From an uncultured Acidobacteriaceae bacterium (GTDB taxonomy: Bacteria > Acidobacteriota > Terriglobia > Terriglobales > Acidobacteriaceae), in assembly GCA_963769185.1 (NCBI GenBank), contig CAVYKP010000007.1, positions 466,449 to 530,448 on the forward strand: DNA of 64,000 bases, in the 5' to 3' direction. The translations under genes and the position numbers were made by a program. Below the pieces are notes generated by a model. That model made no database searches, had not been told where the DNA came from, and saw nothing but the letters and a program-made list of their open reading frames with translations. The stretch's first letter is position 1; each line of letters starts with the position of its first letter. Positions 26,254 through 37,900 of the stretch are shown in pieces.

Positions 26254-26616
26254 ATGTCTACTAAAGGGCGGGATGATCGGATCGAACTGCTGCAGGGCAC
26301 CCTGGACCTGCTGATCCTTCGGACGCTGCTGCTGGGGCCAAGGCATGGCCACGCCGTTGCCAAGGCGATCGAATTTAACTCCGACGAGGTGTTGCAGGTC
26401 GAGCAGGGGTCGCTCTACCCGGCTCTGCACCGTCTTATCAAACGGGGATGGATTTCAGTTGAAGACGGCACCTCTGAGAATAATCGTCGAGCGAAGTTCT
26501 ACCGGTTGACGGCTAGGGGACGGCGGCAACTGGCGGTCGAGACGAGCAAGTGGGAGAGGCTGGCAGGAGCGATCGCGCGGATTCTACGGCCCGTTGGGCA
26601 GGAAGGTAAATCGTGA
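26254..26616 (+). CDS. PadR family transcriptional regulator
   Basis: [28 protein letters not shown] ... [16 protein letters not shown] ... [11 protein letters not shown] is canonical PadR. Overlaps the permease start by 4 nt. Confidence 0.85.
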   Translation: MSTKGRDDRIELLQGTLDLLILRTLLLGPRHGHAVAKAIEFNSDEVLQVEQGSLYPALHRLIKRGWISVEDGTSENNRRAKFYRLTARGRRQLAVETSKWERLAGAIARILRPVGQEGKS

Positions 26617-29243
26617 GGCGCCGCAAGCGCATGATGGCGGATCTCGAGCAGGACATCCGCAACCACATCGAGATCGAGACGCGGGAGAACATCGAACGCG
26701 GCATGTCGCCGGATGAAGCTCATTTTGCGGCCTTGCGTAAATTCGGCAACGTGACCAGGGTCAAGGAAGAGACGTGGAAGGTCTGGAGTTTTCCCTTCCT
26801 GGAGCAGTTCGTCGCGGACGTGGGCTTTGGCGTGCGGGCGCTCGGGAACAATCCTGCATTTACGGCCGTCGCGGTATTGACCCTGGCCCTCGGCATCGGC
26901 GCCAACACGGCGATTTTCAGTTTTGTAGATGCCGTCTTGCTCAAGCCTCTCCCCTATCCGCATCCCGAGCGAATCGTCAGCGTATGGGAAAAGACTGCGG
27001 CAGGGTTCCGCACAAACTTCATTTCCACCCTGAACTTCCTCGATTGGAAGCGGCAGAGTCGCTGTTTTCAATTTCTCTCAGCCGTCGCCTCAGACACGGT
27101 GACCTTGACCGGCTCGGGAACACCCCAAGAGCTTAATGTTCAGAGAGTCTCGGCATCGTATTTCAAGGCGCTTGATGTGGGCGTGACCCTGGGACGCACG
27201 TTTGCCGCAAGCGAAGAGCAGGTTGGCAACGATCGGGAAGTAGTGCTCTCGAACCGCATTTGGCAAAGCCTGTTTGGCGGCGACCCCAACGTTATCGGCC
27301 GAAAGATCACGTTGGATGCGAAAAGTTACACGGTCATCGGCGTCCTTCCAAGCAACAGTACCTTTGATCGAACCTGGGCTGTGATGTGGCTGCCGCTCGC
27401 TTTCGGACCCGCTGAGATGACACGCAATTACCACTGGCTCTCTGCCGTCGCCCGCCTTGAGCCGGGCGTCACTCTGACGCAGGCCCGCGCTCAAATGGAC
27501 GCGATTGGAGCACGCACAGCTACCTTGTACCCGGATTCGAATAAGGGTTGGGGCGTAACGGTCGATCCTTATATCGATGAGGCAGTTCAGCCGCAGCTCC
27601 GTCGCTCGCTTTGGGTGCTGCTCGCAGCCGCTGGCGCCGTGCTGCTGATCGGGTGCGCCAATCTGGCCAATCTGACGCTCGCGCGGGGTGCGGACCGCGA
27701 ACACGAGATCGCGATACGTTCGGCCTTGGGCGCGAGCCGCCTCCGGCTGATCCGGCAGTTGCTTACTGAAAACATGGTTCTCGGAATCGCCGGTGGCGCG
27801 GCCGGCCTTGCACTGGGCAATGCGTTGATGCGTGGAATCAAACTGTGGTTACCGCCAGACATGCTGCCACCGCAAGCAAACGTCCGCATGGACTACGGCG
27901 TATTGCTTTTCACCATGGTCACCGGAATCCTCACGGGAATCGTTTTCGGCCTCGTGCCAGCGCTCAGCGGCACCAGGCCTGATCTTGCCGGATCACTGAA
28001 GGAAGGTGGACGAACGACTGCCGGGCTCACGCGGCATCGCATGAGGACAGCCCTGGTGGTTATTGAAGTGGCGCTGTCATTTGTATTGCTCGAGGGCGCC
28101 AGCTTGCTGATCCTAAGCTTCAACAGGCTTGCAAGCATCAACCCGGGCGTCGATACAACCAAGGTTCTTGCGATGGACCTTCCAATGCCGCTGGCAGGTT
28201 TTACGAATAGCACGACGCTGACGAATTATCTTACGGAGATAACCAATAACGTCCGAAGCGTGCCCGGCGTGCGCGACGCCTCCATCACTGATAGACCGCC
28301 GATGGAAGGCTTTGCGAACGGCGCGGTCTTCCTGATCGAGGGGCGGACTTATCTGCCCTACTCCGAGCGCCCTGTCAGTGGGTTCAAGGTCGTAGGCCCG
28401 TCCTATTTTCATACCGTTGGCATGATGTTGTTGAAAGGCCGCGGCCTGAAGGAGAGCGATGTTGCCGACGCGTCGCCTATTACCGTGATCAATGAAACGA
28501 TGGCGAAGACTTACTTCAAAGGCGAAGATCCCATCGGTAAGCGCATCTTGATTCGGCAGCTCGTGTTCGGCAAGCGTGAGCGCGGTCCCGAAATTCCTTG
28601 GCAGGTTGTGGGAGTGGTGTCGGATGAGAAAGCCGGCGGTAAAGTCTTTAGCCTCGGCGAGGATACTCCGATCATATACGTCACGTTCTATCAAAGCCCC
28701 GGCACTTTCAATAGCTTGGTAGTTCGTTCCGCCATGGATCCGTTGCTCTTAAGCAGATCGATTGAACAAGCAATCTGGAAGGTGAACAAGAACCAGGCGG
28801 CGGCGAACGTTGAGACCTTGGAAGAAATCAAGACACAATCGGTAGCGCCAGCCCGGCTTCGCGCTCTGCTGTTGGCCATCTTCGGTGGCATCGCGGTTTT
28901 GCTGGCTGCCGCCGGCATCTACGGCGTTGTCTCCTATTCCGTGGCGCAAAGAGTGCATGAGATGGCCATTCGCCTGGCCCTTGGCGCATCGCCGGGCGGT
29001 CTGCTGAAGCTTGTGGCCGGGGAAGCGATGCTCATGGTCCTGGCTGGACTCGCTCTCGGATGGGCCGCGGCACTCGCGCTCACGCGCGTACTGGCGAGCT
29101 TACTCTACGATACAAGCCCAACGAATCCGGTAACGTGGGTCGCCGCCGGGGCATTGCTCGCAGCAGTGGCGCTCTTGGCTTGCTACGTCCCCGCCCGCCG
29201 CGCCATGCGCGTCGATCCCATGGCCGCTTTGAGATACGAATAG
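26613..29243 (+). CDS. ADOP-family duplicated MacB/FtsX-like ABC transporter permease
   Basis: 876 aa. Permease-prefix N-terminus ([25 protein letters not shown]), then two MacB-periplasmic plus FtsX-type 4-TM modules. PadR-coupled. Confidence 0.85.
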   Translation: MRRRKRMMADLEQDIRNHIEIETRENIERGMSPDEAHFAALRKFGNVTRVKEETWKVWSFPFLEQFVADVGFGVRALGNNPAFTAVAVLTLALGIGANTAIFSFVDAVLLKPLPYPHPERIVSVWEKTAAGFRTNFISTLNFLDWKRQSRCFQFLSAVASDTVTLTGSGTPQELNVQRVSASYFKALDVGVTLGRTFAASEEQVGNDREVVLSNRIWQSLFGGDPNVIGRKITLDAKSYTVIGVLPSNSTFDRTWAVMWLPLAFGPAEMTRNYHWLSAVARLEPGVTLTQARAQMDAIGARTATLYPDSNKGWGVTVDPYIDEAVQPQLRRSLWVLLAAAGAVLLIGCANLANLTLARGADREHEIAIRSALGASRLRLIRQLLTENMVLGIAGGAAGLALGNALMRGIKLWLPPDMLPPQANVRMDYGVLLFTMVTGILTGIVFGLVPALSGTRPDLAGSLKEGGRTTAGLTRHRMRTALVVIEVALSFVLLEGASLLILSFNRLASINPGVDTTKVLAMDLPMPLAGFTNSTTLTNYLTEITNNVRSVPGVRDASITDRPPMEGFANGAVFLIEGRTYLPYSERPVSGFKVVGPSYFHTVGMMLLKGRGLKESDVADASPITVINETMAKTYFKGEDPIGKRILIRQLVFGKRERGPEIPWQVVGVVSDEKAGGKVFSLGEDTPIIYVTFYQSPGTFNSLVVRSAMDPLLLSRSIEQAIWKVNKNQAAANVETLEEIKTQSVAPARLRALLLAIFGGIAVLLAAAGIYGVVSYSVAQRVHEMAIRLALGASPGGLLKLVAGEAMLMVLAGLALGWAAALALTRVLASLLYDTSPTNPVTWVAAGALLAAVALLACYVPARRAMRVDPMAALRYE

Positions 29244-29268
29244 TCTTTCACGCAAGTCACCGGCAACG

Positions 29269-29301
29269 CCCTCGTCTAGCCCTCGTCTAGCCCTCGCCTA
29301 G
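29269..29301. repeat. 11-nt tandem repeat, 3 copies
   Basis: CCCTCGTCTAG CCCTCGTCTAG CCCTCGCCTAG, in the convergent intergenic region. Confidence 0.8.
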
Positions 29302-29363
29302 GGCAGTTTTAACTTCTGCGTTCTATTCTTGGTCATCGCTACCGAGGAAAATTGGAACGCGGA

Positions 29364-32300
29364 CTAGAAACTAGCTTTGACAGAAACCTGGAGAGCTCGC
29401 GGGCCACCTTGGTTGTAGAGGGCGCCTGCATTCCCGAAGCTCTGATCGAGCAATTTAGTGGCTTGGCCAAAGAGGAGATCTGAAAATGAGGGGTCGATAT
29501 AACCAAAATTCGGATGATTGAATACATTGAACGCCTCGATCTTTAACTGCATATTCAATCCTTCGTGAAGTTGGTAGGTTTGCCTTACACCAAAATTGCC
29601 CTGCACCTCGGGGAACCCCCGAAGCAGATTCCGCGGCGCGTCTCCCTCCGATCGCACATCCGGCAATGCGAGAGCCGGGTCGACTGCGTTCTGGCCCCCG
29701 TTGAACATACGACGCCCGGGGTATTGAGAACCGTGCAGATACAACGGGCGGCCCGGAATCAAATCCACTCCGCTGTAATCGGGCCGTCCAGTCACGGCAT
29801 CGAACGAGAAATTCCCGAGCAGGTTCACTGGAAATCCTGTGCGCGCGATCAGCCGGCCGTCGAGGCCCCACCCCTCAGCAAGCCTCTTGCGGCTTAGAAA
29901 CCGGTGCCGGCTCGGCGATGAACTCCATGAGATCGCCGCCTCTAAATTATGGCGTACATCGAGGTCTGAGTTTCCGCGGATCACTGGGTACAGTGGGCTT
30001 GTCGATCCATAATCGAAGGAATGAGCCCAGGTGTAGGACGCCAGCACTTCGATCCCCGGGAACATCGATCGATGGAACTGGGTCTGCAGAGATGAAAAGC
30101 TCGATGTCAGACCGGAGGGGAAGAAAGATACATCCCCGAATTGCGGGTTCACTGCGCTTACATTCCTTCGTTGCTCCTTCAACAGCCGTCGTCCGTTGGC
30201 GCCAACGTAGGAGAAGGTGATGCTTTGGTGTTTACCGAGGGCCTGCTCTGCGCTGAGGTTCCACTGCCAGCTATACGGCAATTGCAAGTGAGGAGAAAAC
30301 AAAAATACTTGAGTATTCGTGTAAGGCGCCTCAACCGCAGTTGAAAAGTCGATCTGCGTTGAGGTCGCCGGCACAGATGCTCCCAGGAAGTGGGCATAAC
30401 TCGTGAAACCAACCCCGTTGAAGGCTCTGAGCGCCGGCTGGACGGCTGTGTCGAAAAAAATGCCCGCGCCTGCGCGAACAACAAGTTCTCTGCCGGGATC
30501 ATTGCTGACCTGCCAGGCCGCGCCCAGCCGCGGGGCGAAATTTGACCAGCTCGTATGCCACAAAGGGGTGCCTCTTGGTGCAAGCTGCAAACGAGCGGGC
30601 GCGTTCACATCGCCCACAGCAGTGTAAGCGTCTTGGCCATTCTTTCCCTTGGGTGCGGGGCTCAGATCCCAGCGCAGGCCGCCGGAAAGACTCAACCTCT
30701 CCGATAATTTCCATTCATCTTCCGCAAAGAGCGAGAACACGTTCACCAGCGGGTTTATCGGTAGGCTCCGTGTAACCACGAGATCGGAAGCGGAGTTGTT
30801 TCGCAGCGCATCCGGAGTGAAGAAATCGGCGAGGATTGACAGCGCAGGAGGAGTAAGGTGGCTGGCAATGTGTTGTTCGTCGAGGCCGAATCGAAAGAGA
30901 TGCTTACCTGCTTGCACGCTGTAGGTGTTTCGCAGATTCCACTGCGAGAGCGAGCTCTCAAGTAGGTTGGTATTGCTGTCGCTATCACCAACACCAATGA
31001 TGTGGACATAAGCCTCGGCGCTCGCCGAAGCATACATACGCGCAAGTGCCGCCGGCACATTCAATGAGCTGGGGACGCCAAGGGCGAGATTGAGGTTTCC
31101 TACCGGGATTGTGGGATTTGCGCCCGAAACACCCTTGGGCGTCGTATCCGAATGTACGGTAGACCCAAGATAACCCACTCGGAACTCTTCGCTTTGGGTG
31201 CCCGAAATCTGCGCCGCGCCTCCCAGGGTCCATGTTTGTGTGCTCAGATGGCCGTCGGTCACCGAATCCAACTCGTTCGATTGAGCATGACTCGGCGTGT
31301 CACCGAATCGAAAGAAGCCCGAGACCCGCGAAGTGAAGTTGTGATCGAAACGAGCACTCACGGAATCCACCCGGGCAGGAAACGGGGTTCCCTGAATAAT
31401 TGTTTGGGACATGCCGGTTGCATTCCCGGATGCGTCAAGAAGTTGCAGTCCGGCTTGGGGAAAGCTCGTTAACACCGCTGCAACTTGAGGCGACACGACT
31501 CCAAGCAGATAGGGGTCGCATCCATAGGGAGATGGAGGGCAGACATCCGGGGTGTAGTTATAGGTCTGCGGCGAGGGCTGAAACAGGTCGAGTCCCTCAT
31601 AGGAGCCAAACCAAAAACTCGTGGGGGAACCAACATGGCGCCGCCCCGGTATCAGGATCGGCCCCCCGCCCGTCGCGCCGAAATTATTCTGCGTGTAATG
31701 CGGCGGAATGAACGTGCCGCGGCCCTTCAAGCCTGAAAACCAATCGACGGTATCGAGGGGATCGCCGCGGAAGTAATCGTACAGGCTCCCATGGAGCTTA
31801 TTCGTTCCCGAACGCGTGAGAAAGGTGAACTGGCCGCCCGGCGTTCTTCCATATTCGGCCGAGTAGGTTGACGTAAGCACGCGAAACTCCTGCAATGCAT
31901 CCGCTGAAACCAGGCTCTGAGTCGTGCCAAGCGCAGTCGTACCTGCGATCGATCCTGCATTGGCGATGCGAGAGCCGCCCGAGGCCAGCCCAGACGAGAT
32001 ATTCGCCGAGACACCGTCTACAAAAAACACGTTGGCGCTCGGCTGCTGCCCATTCACGCTGAAATCTCCCTGCGTTTGCGAGCCGCTCAGCGTCGCCGCT
32101 TGTGGACTCTGCGTAACCATCCCAGGACTCAATACGGCCAGATCCTGCAGGCTGCGTCCATTCAGCGGCACGGTCGCAATCAGCCTGCGATCCACCACCG
32201 TGCTGACGGTCGCATCCGTACTGTTCAGCGTAAGGCCGCTGGCGTCCACGCTCACCGTCTCGGTAACCGCACCGACCTTCATCCGAACCAGCAGATTCCT

Positions 32301-32627
32301 GGTAGCACCGGCGTTCAGGTTAAGCCCATTCACTTGCGTGGTGGCAAAGCCATCGCGTTCGATCTGCAGGGTATACAGGCCCGGCAGTACTCCGGGCAAC
32401 AGAAACCCGCCTGCCTGGTTCGTGCTGGTATCGTTTTCCGTCCCTGTCTGCATGTTGATGAGCTTGAGCTTTGCATCGGTGATCGCGGCCTTCGACGAGT
32501 CCTGTATCGCACCGGTTACAGTCGCTGCGCTGAACTGAGCGAAAGCGCGCCATCCCAAACACAGCACGAGCAGGAAAAGCAACTTCGAGGCGCGGCGACC
32601 GCAAGGCACGAACATTAGTTCACCCAT
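29364..32627 (-). CDS. TonB-dependent receptor with N-terminal carboxypeptidase-regulatory-like domain
   Basis: 1087 aa with a signal peptide. CarboxypepD_reg-like segment (TGAIQDSSKAAITDAKLKLINMQTG ... GLYTLQIERDGF), a long beta-barrel, and a C-terminal ...VSVKASF. Confidence 0.85.
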   Translation of the reverse strand: MGELMFVPCGRRASKLLFLLVLCLGWRAFAQFSAATVTGAIQDSSKAAITDAKLKLINMQTGTENDTSTNQAGGFLLPGVLPGLYTLQIERDGFATTQVNGLNLNAGATRNLLVRMKVGAVTETVSVDASGLTLNSTDATVSTVVDRRLIATVPLNGRSLQDLAVLSPGMVTQSPQAATLSGSQTQGDFSVNGQQPSANVFFVDGVSANISSGLASGGSRIANAGSIAGTTALGTTQSLVSADALQEFRVLTSTYSAEYGRTPGGQFTFLTRSGTNKLHGSLYDYFRGDPLDTVDWFSGLKGRGTFIPPHYTQNNFGATGGGPILIPGRRHVGSPTSFWFGSYEGLDLFQPSPQTYNYTPDVCPPSPYGCDPYLLGVVSPQVAAVLTSFPQAGLQLLDASGNATGMSQTIIQGTPFPARVDSVSARFDHNFTSRVSGFFRFGDTPSHAQSNELDSVTDGHLSTQTWTLGGAAQISGTQSEEFRVGYLGSTVHSDTTPKGVSGANPTIPVGNLNLALGVPSSLNVPAALARMYASASAEAYVHIIGVGDSDSNTNLLESSLSQWNLRNTYSVQAGKHLFRFGLDEQHIASHLTPPALSILADFFTPDALRNNSASDLVVTRSLPINPLVNVFSLFAEDEWKLSERLSLSGGLRWDLSPAPKGKNGQDAYTAVGDVNAPARLQLAPRGTPLWHTSWSNFAPRLGAAWQVSNDPGRELVVRAGAGIFFDTAVQPALRAFNGVGFTSYAHFLGASVPATSTQIDFSTAVEAPYTNTQVFLFSPHLQLPYSWQWNLSAEQALGKHQSITFSYVGANGRRLLKEQRRNVSAVNPQFGDVSFFPSGLTSSFSSLQTQFHRSMFPGIEVLASYTWAHSFDYGSTSPLYPVIRGNSDLDVRHNLEAAISWSSSPSRHRFLSRKRLAEGWGLDGRLIARTGFPVNLLGNFSFDAVTGRPDYSGVDLIPGRPLYLHGSQYPGRRMFNGGQNAVDPALALPDVRSEGDAPRNLLRGFPEVQGNFGVRQTYQLHEGLNMQLKIEAFNVFNHPNFGYIDPSFSDLLFGQATKLLDQSFGNAGALYNQGGPRALQVSVKASF

Positions 32628-33152
32628 CGCCGGGCCTGGGCCGCATCTGTGGGGCCGGCCGGCCGCACAGCGAAGGCGGCCACACCCTCGGCCTGCCGCA
32701 CCAATCCGGCAGCTGCCATGGGCAGGAGCAGGTCAAAGACAGTAAGAATTGGAAGTCGCGGAGTCTGAGCCAAAGAAAGACGCCGGCGCCCACCATCCAG
32801 ACGCAGAATATATAGAGACGCGAGCGTACTCACAGTCAAGCAGAGACCGTCGACGAGTGAGCCACCATCGTTATACCGCATTTGATAATGCTACACACAC
32901 AGTCTTACTGAGCTCGTCTGTGACTGCCATTATCTAAATAGAGAACGTTCCGCTCTCGATCTACCCTGAACACCAACTTTTTTTTTGCGGCAATTTACTC
33001 CCGCAGTATGTGCCTGCTTGATAAAGGGCGTTGTTGGGCGCTTACTTGCTGCTCAAGGGACTTTGGGTAAAATAGAGTCGATCTCCAATTACTGTCGAGC
33101 GAAAATAACGCAGGCAGACTTTCCATTTGGGAAATCTGCGAGGAAAGCTCGT

Positions 33153-33695
33153 ATGCGTGGTCTATTCGTTCTCTCTCTGTTCGCAATTTCGGCATTAGGA
33201 CAGGCGTTCAATCCGGTCGCCAAGGAAAGAGCGCCGGAATCGATTCTGCAATTGCCCGAGGGCGTTCGCCGGGATCTTGTTAATCGACGATGCGTCGTTC
33301 CGAAATACATCGGCGATGTTGGTACTAAGGACCAAGCTTATACTAAGGGCCATTTCCGGACTGGCACTTCCGTTGACTACGCTGTCGTTTGCCATATTCC
33401 TACCCGCAAGATCCAGGACGTCCTCATTTACTCGAATACCGAGGGTGCGTGGAGCGGGGAAATTATCTCCCCAGGGACGTTCGATCCTTCACCCCACGCA
33501 GATAAATGTGAAGCCACGGTCGACGTTGCAACCTCGAAATACATTCTCGATCATGCTCGGGCGTATGCACCGGATGAACTGAAGTCCCTCCCACGACTGG
33601 ACCACAATGGCATCGAGATTGGCATCTGCGGGAAGGCATCGATTATTCATTATTTCAGTAACGGCAAATGGCTATACCTTCAGGGAGCGGACTAG
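33153..33695 (+). CDS. Hypothetical secreted protein
   Basis: The ATG at 33153 is preceded by GAGGAAAG. Signal peptide MRGLFVLSLFAISALGQA. Lower-GC coding region. No recognisable family. Confidence 0.5.
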   Translation: MRGLFVLSLFAISALGQAFNPVAKERAPESILQLPEGVRRDLVNRRCVVPKYIGDVGTKDQAYTKGHFRTGTSVDYAVVCHIPTRKIQDVLIYSNTEGAWSGEIISPGTFDPSPHADKCEATVDVATSKYILDHARAYAPDELKSLPRLDHNGIEIGICGKASIIHYFSNGKWLYLQGAD

Positions 33696-33946
33696 CGCGT
33701 TGCTCTTGATCTCTTCGCTATGCAGCGAGGTGCTTGAATCGCGATGTACACATCTGGCAGAGTGATGCACCGACAGGCTTTGTGCGAACGACCGCCTACT
33801 CGTCAATTACCAGTTGGTTAACAGGCTGATCAGCGTCAACTATTCATTTCGGCATGTTGGGACGATTCGGTTGACACTTGCCCCAAGACTCAGTCTAATT
33901 ATGTCGAACAAAATAGTGTTGAAGTGTTACGGTCGTCGCTCTTTCA

Positions 33947-34582
33947 CTACCTGTGCCCTTTCGTCTCTTCTTCGTCAGGTGAGCGTCGGCGAGGGAGTCC
34001 CTTTGCCGAGGCCTCGGATCCAGGTGGTTCACGGAACGGTTCCACAGAAATGCGCTCGTAACACACTTCCAGCACCGTCAGGTATTCCGTCCCGCCCGGC
34101 GCTTGGAGAACTACGCTGTCACCCGCTGCCGACTTCATCAACGCGCGCCCCAGAGGTGACACCCAACTGATGTGGTTGCGGTTGAGATCGACCTCGTCGG
34201 TGCCTACGATGCTCACCACTCGCTCCGCTCCCGCGGCATTGGCATAGCGCACGGTCGCCCCGAAGAATGCCCTCGTCTCCGGCTGCCTGGCTCTCGGAGC
34301 TTCCGGGTCCACCACTTCCGCGGCTTCGATTCGCTTCGTGAGAAAGCGAATCCGCCCATCGATCTGCCGCAGCCGCCGCTTGCCGTACTGATAGTCGGCG
34401 TTTTCACTGCGATCGCCGTTGCCGGCAGCCCACGCCACCACCTCCGCCACGGCAGGGCGGTCCCTGGTGAGCAGAAACCGGTGCTCATCTTTAAGGCGCT
34501 GCAGCCCGCTCCGCGTTATGTAGTTTTTGACTCGCGTCGCGGGCTCGTCCCCTTGTGGTTTTCTCGTAAACCCTTTCCGCAT
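33947..34582 (-). CDS. GreA/GreB family transcription elongation (transcript cleavage) factor
   Basis: The ATG at 34582 has a GGAGGAG SD. NYITRSGLQRLKDEHRFLL ... GDRSENADYQYGKRRLRQIDGRIRFL ... ISWVSPLGRALMKSAAGDSV matches GreB-like factors. Confidence 0.75.
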   Translation of the reverse strand: MRKGFTRKPQGDEPATRVKNYITRSGLQRLKDEHRFLLTRDRPAVAEVVAWAAGNGDRSENADYQYGKRRLRQIDGRIRFLTKRIEAAEVVDPEAPRARQPETRAFFGATVRYANAAGAERVVSIVGTDEVDLNRNHISWVSPLGRALMKSAAGDSVVLQAPGGTEYLTVLEVCYERISVEPFREPPGSEASAKGLPRRRSPDEEETKGHR

Positions 34583-34736
34583 CTCGTACTCCTCCAGGCG
34601 CGAATCCAGTGGGTGCCCCGAATGAATGCGGATGAACGCCGATGGAAAACACTGTAGGTCATCCACGTTCATGGGAGTTCATCTGCGGCCCTAACTGATT
34701 TTTTCACGTCTTCCGGCCCCTTAGCGATCCTATCCT

Positions 34737-34896
34737 TCATCTCGGACGAAGCGGAGAGATCTGCAGTCCTCCACACCAGCAACAAATCTCGCTCCCGGCC
34801 ACTACCCTCCCCTTTGTCATCTCGACCGAAGCGGAGAGATCTGCAGTTCTCCACACCAGCAACAAATCTCGCTCCCGGCCACTACCCCACCCTTTG
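34737..34896. repeat. 80-bp tandem repeat, 2 copies
   Basis: Units at 34737-34816 and 34817-34896 (TCATCTCGRMCGAAGCGGAGAGATCTGCAGTYCTCCACACCAGCAACAAATCTCGCTCCCGGCCACTACCC...). The next TCATC is at 34897. Confidence 0.85.
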
Positions 34897-34959
34897 TCAT
34901 CAGCAAGGCAACACCACTGCTTCCGTTTGAGTGCCGGAAAGATTTGCAATGTGATCTTC

Positions 34960-37900
34960 TTAAGACGAAGGTTGAACAACTGAGTCGTTGTTCGTTGTGG
35001 TGGAGCCCTTATCCCGTGAAACGAGTGTTCCACGTTTCAGCGCCCGTTCTTTCATCATGACGAAGAAGACAGGCACCAGGATCAGGACGTGAATGGTCGA
35101 CGTAATCATGCCCCCGACAATGGGGGCAGCGATCGGCTTCATGACGTCGGAGCCGATGCCGAATTCCCAGAGGATCGGAATAAGGCTGGCAAGGACCGCG
35201 CATACCGTCATAAGCTTTGGCCGTAAGCGCTGAACGGCGCCTTCAACGACCGCATCTTCCACATCGGCATTCGTCAACGTCTTTCCGCTTTGCAGTTTAT
35301 GTTCGAGAGCTTCATGGAGATAGACAACCATAACGACACCCGTCTCGACCGCGATCCCGAAGAGCGCGATGTAGCCCACTGCCACTGCAACGCTGAAGTT
35401 GTAGTGAAGCAGCCACTGGAGCAGCAGTCCTCCGCTCATGGCATAGATTGTCGGGAAGATGAGGACGAGTGCCTCGGCAACTGAGTGAAAGACCAGGTAC
35501 AGCAATAAGAAGATCACAAAGAATACAACCGGAAGAATCAGTCGCAGCCGCTGCTTGGCGCGCAGTTCCAGTTCATACTCCCCTGACCACTGAAAGGTGT
35601 AATTGGCCGGCAGCGCAAGTTTACCGTGAAGCAGTTTGTCTGCGTTCGCAACGAAGCCGCCATAGTCGGTGTTCTTGAGATCGATGTAGATGTATCCCGT
35701 AAGCGCGCCACCTTCATCCCGAATCATGGCCGGACCATGACTGAAAGAAATCCGCGCTACCTGCCCCAACGGAATCTGCGAACCTGAAGGGGTGCCGATA
35801 AGCACACCGCGCATTTTCTCGACGTTGTCGCGGAAGTCTCTCTGATAGCGGACATTGATGGGATAGCGCTCCCGCCCCTCGATGTTCTCTGCGATATTCT
35901 CTCCGCCGATGCCGGATGAAACCGCGATCTGGACGTCTGCGATCGTTAGACCGTATCGGGCAGCCTCCGCCCGATTGACATCCACGTTGACATAGAAGCC
36001 TTGTGCGACTTTCTCGGAAAAGACCGACCGCACCTGGGGTAGTCCAGAAAGCAGGTTCTCAATTTGCGAAGCTAGTTGCTGGATGCCATCGACGTTCGGC
36101 CCCTGTACCTTCATGCCCAGCGGTGTCTTGATGCCTGTCAGCGCCATGTCCAGGCGGTTTTCAACCGGCATTGTCCAGGTATTCGTGAGGCCAGGAAATT
36201 GGAGCTTATCGTCCATCTGTTGCATCAGTGTTTCGTAAGTCATGCCTGCTCGCCATCGTTCACGCGGCTTCAGCATGACCGTAGTGTCGTACATATCGAG
36301 TGGCGCATTGTCGGTTGCGCTATCTGACCTGCCAACGGCGCCAAACACACTGGCGACTTCGGGGAAGCTGCGAAGAATACGGTCCTGCTGCTGAAGAAGC
36401 ACCTTTGCCTGTTCAATGGAGATGCCGGGAAGAGCAGTCGGCATATACAAGGTGGACCCTTCAAAGAGCGGCGGCATGAACTGACTGCCCAGGCGTGATG
36501 CAAGCGGAAACGTAACCGCTAAGAAGATTAGATTGATTGCGATGGTGAGCCAGCGGTGTCGCAGGCAGAACTTTAGGATTGGCAGGTAAATCGCCTGCGT
36601 GATGCGCGAGATTGGATTCTTCCGCTCTGGCCGCAGGCGGCCTCGAATCAGCATCACCATTAAAACCGGTACAAGCGTAATGGCAAGAATGGATGATGAC
36701 CCGACAGCCAGTGTTTTGGTCCATGCCAGCGGGCGGAACATACGTCCTTCCTGCGCTTCGAGCAGAAAAACCGGCAGGAATGAAACAACGATGATCAGCA
36801 GCGAAAAGAAGAGGGCCGGGCCCACCTGTTTGGCGGCATGGATGAGAATCAACCGGCGCTCTGGTTCCGATACTGGGTTAGCATCGTTTTCCTGCCGTTC
36901 TGACAGGTGGCGGTAGCCGTTCTCGACCATCACAATGGAGGCATCGACAAGTACTCCAATCGCCAACGCGATGCCGCCGAGCGACATGATGTTCGAGGTC
37001 ACTCCCAGCCAGTAAATTGGGATGAAAGACACCAGCACCGCAATCGGCAACGCGAGAATCGCGATGAGTGCGGAACGGAAGTGGAAGAGGAAGATAATGA
37101 TCACCAGGCTGACGATGACCGCTTCTTCGAGCAAAGCGCGTTGTAGCGTTTTGATCGACGCATCGATCAGACCAGAGCGATCATACCCCGGCATGATTTG
37201 CACGCCAGATGGCAGAGAGGGTGCTATTTCACGCAGCTTTCGCTTGACCCCGTTGATCACGTTCAGCGCATTCATGCCCTGACGCATGACGATAATTCCG
37301 CCGACGGTCTCTCCCTCGCCATTCCACTCCGCTACCCCTTCGCGGATATCAGGACCAAAACTCACCGTGCCCAAGTCGCGCAATAGGACAGGCGTGCCAT
37401 TCTTGCTGCTGACAGCAACCGTGGCGAGATCGTTCAGAGAGCGTAGGTAGCCGAGACCGCGGATCATGTACTGTGCGCCGCTCAGGTCGAGCACCCGCCC
37501 GCCGGCCTCGTTCGTACTCGTCTTTACCTTGTCGATGACCATAGAAAGCGGAATGCCATAGGCAAGCAGCTTGTTAGGATCGAGTTGCACCTGGTATTGG
37601 CGGATGTAGCCGCCGATCGTCGCGACTTCAGCCACACCCGGTACGGTTGCGAGAGCATACCGCAGATGCCAATCCTGCAAGCTGCGCAGGTCGGCAAGAC
37701 TATGCTTACCGCTCTTATCGACAATGGCGTACTCATACACCCAGCCTGCACCCGTCGCATCGGGACCGATGACCGGATGTACGCTTTCTGGCAAACGCCC
37801 GCTGATCTGTTGCAGGTATTCAATAACACGCGAGCGCGCCCAATAGAGATCGGTGCCATCCTCAAAAATTACATAGACATAGGAATCCCCGAACATGGTC

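Noticed and set aside
32628-32960. The long GC-rich 5' leader of the TonB-dependent receptor was considered as a riboswitch (for example cobalamin). ORF 32615..32881(-) was considered as an upstream gene.
   Set aside because: No B12-box-like or other riboswitch core motif that I can recognise. The 88-aa ORF has no family features and overlaps the receptor start. A covariance-model scan (Rfam) would be needed to settle this.
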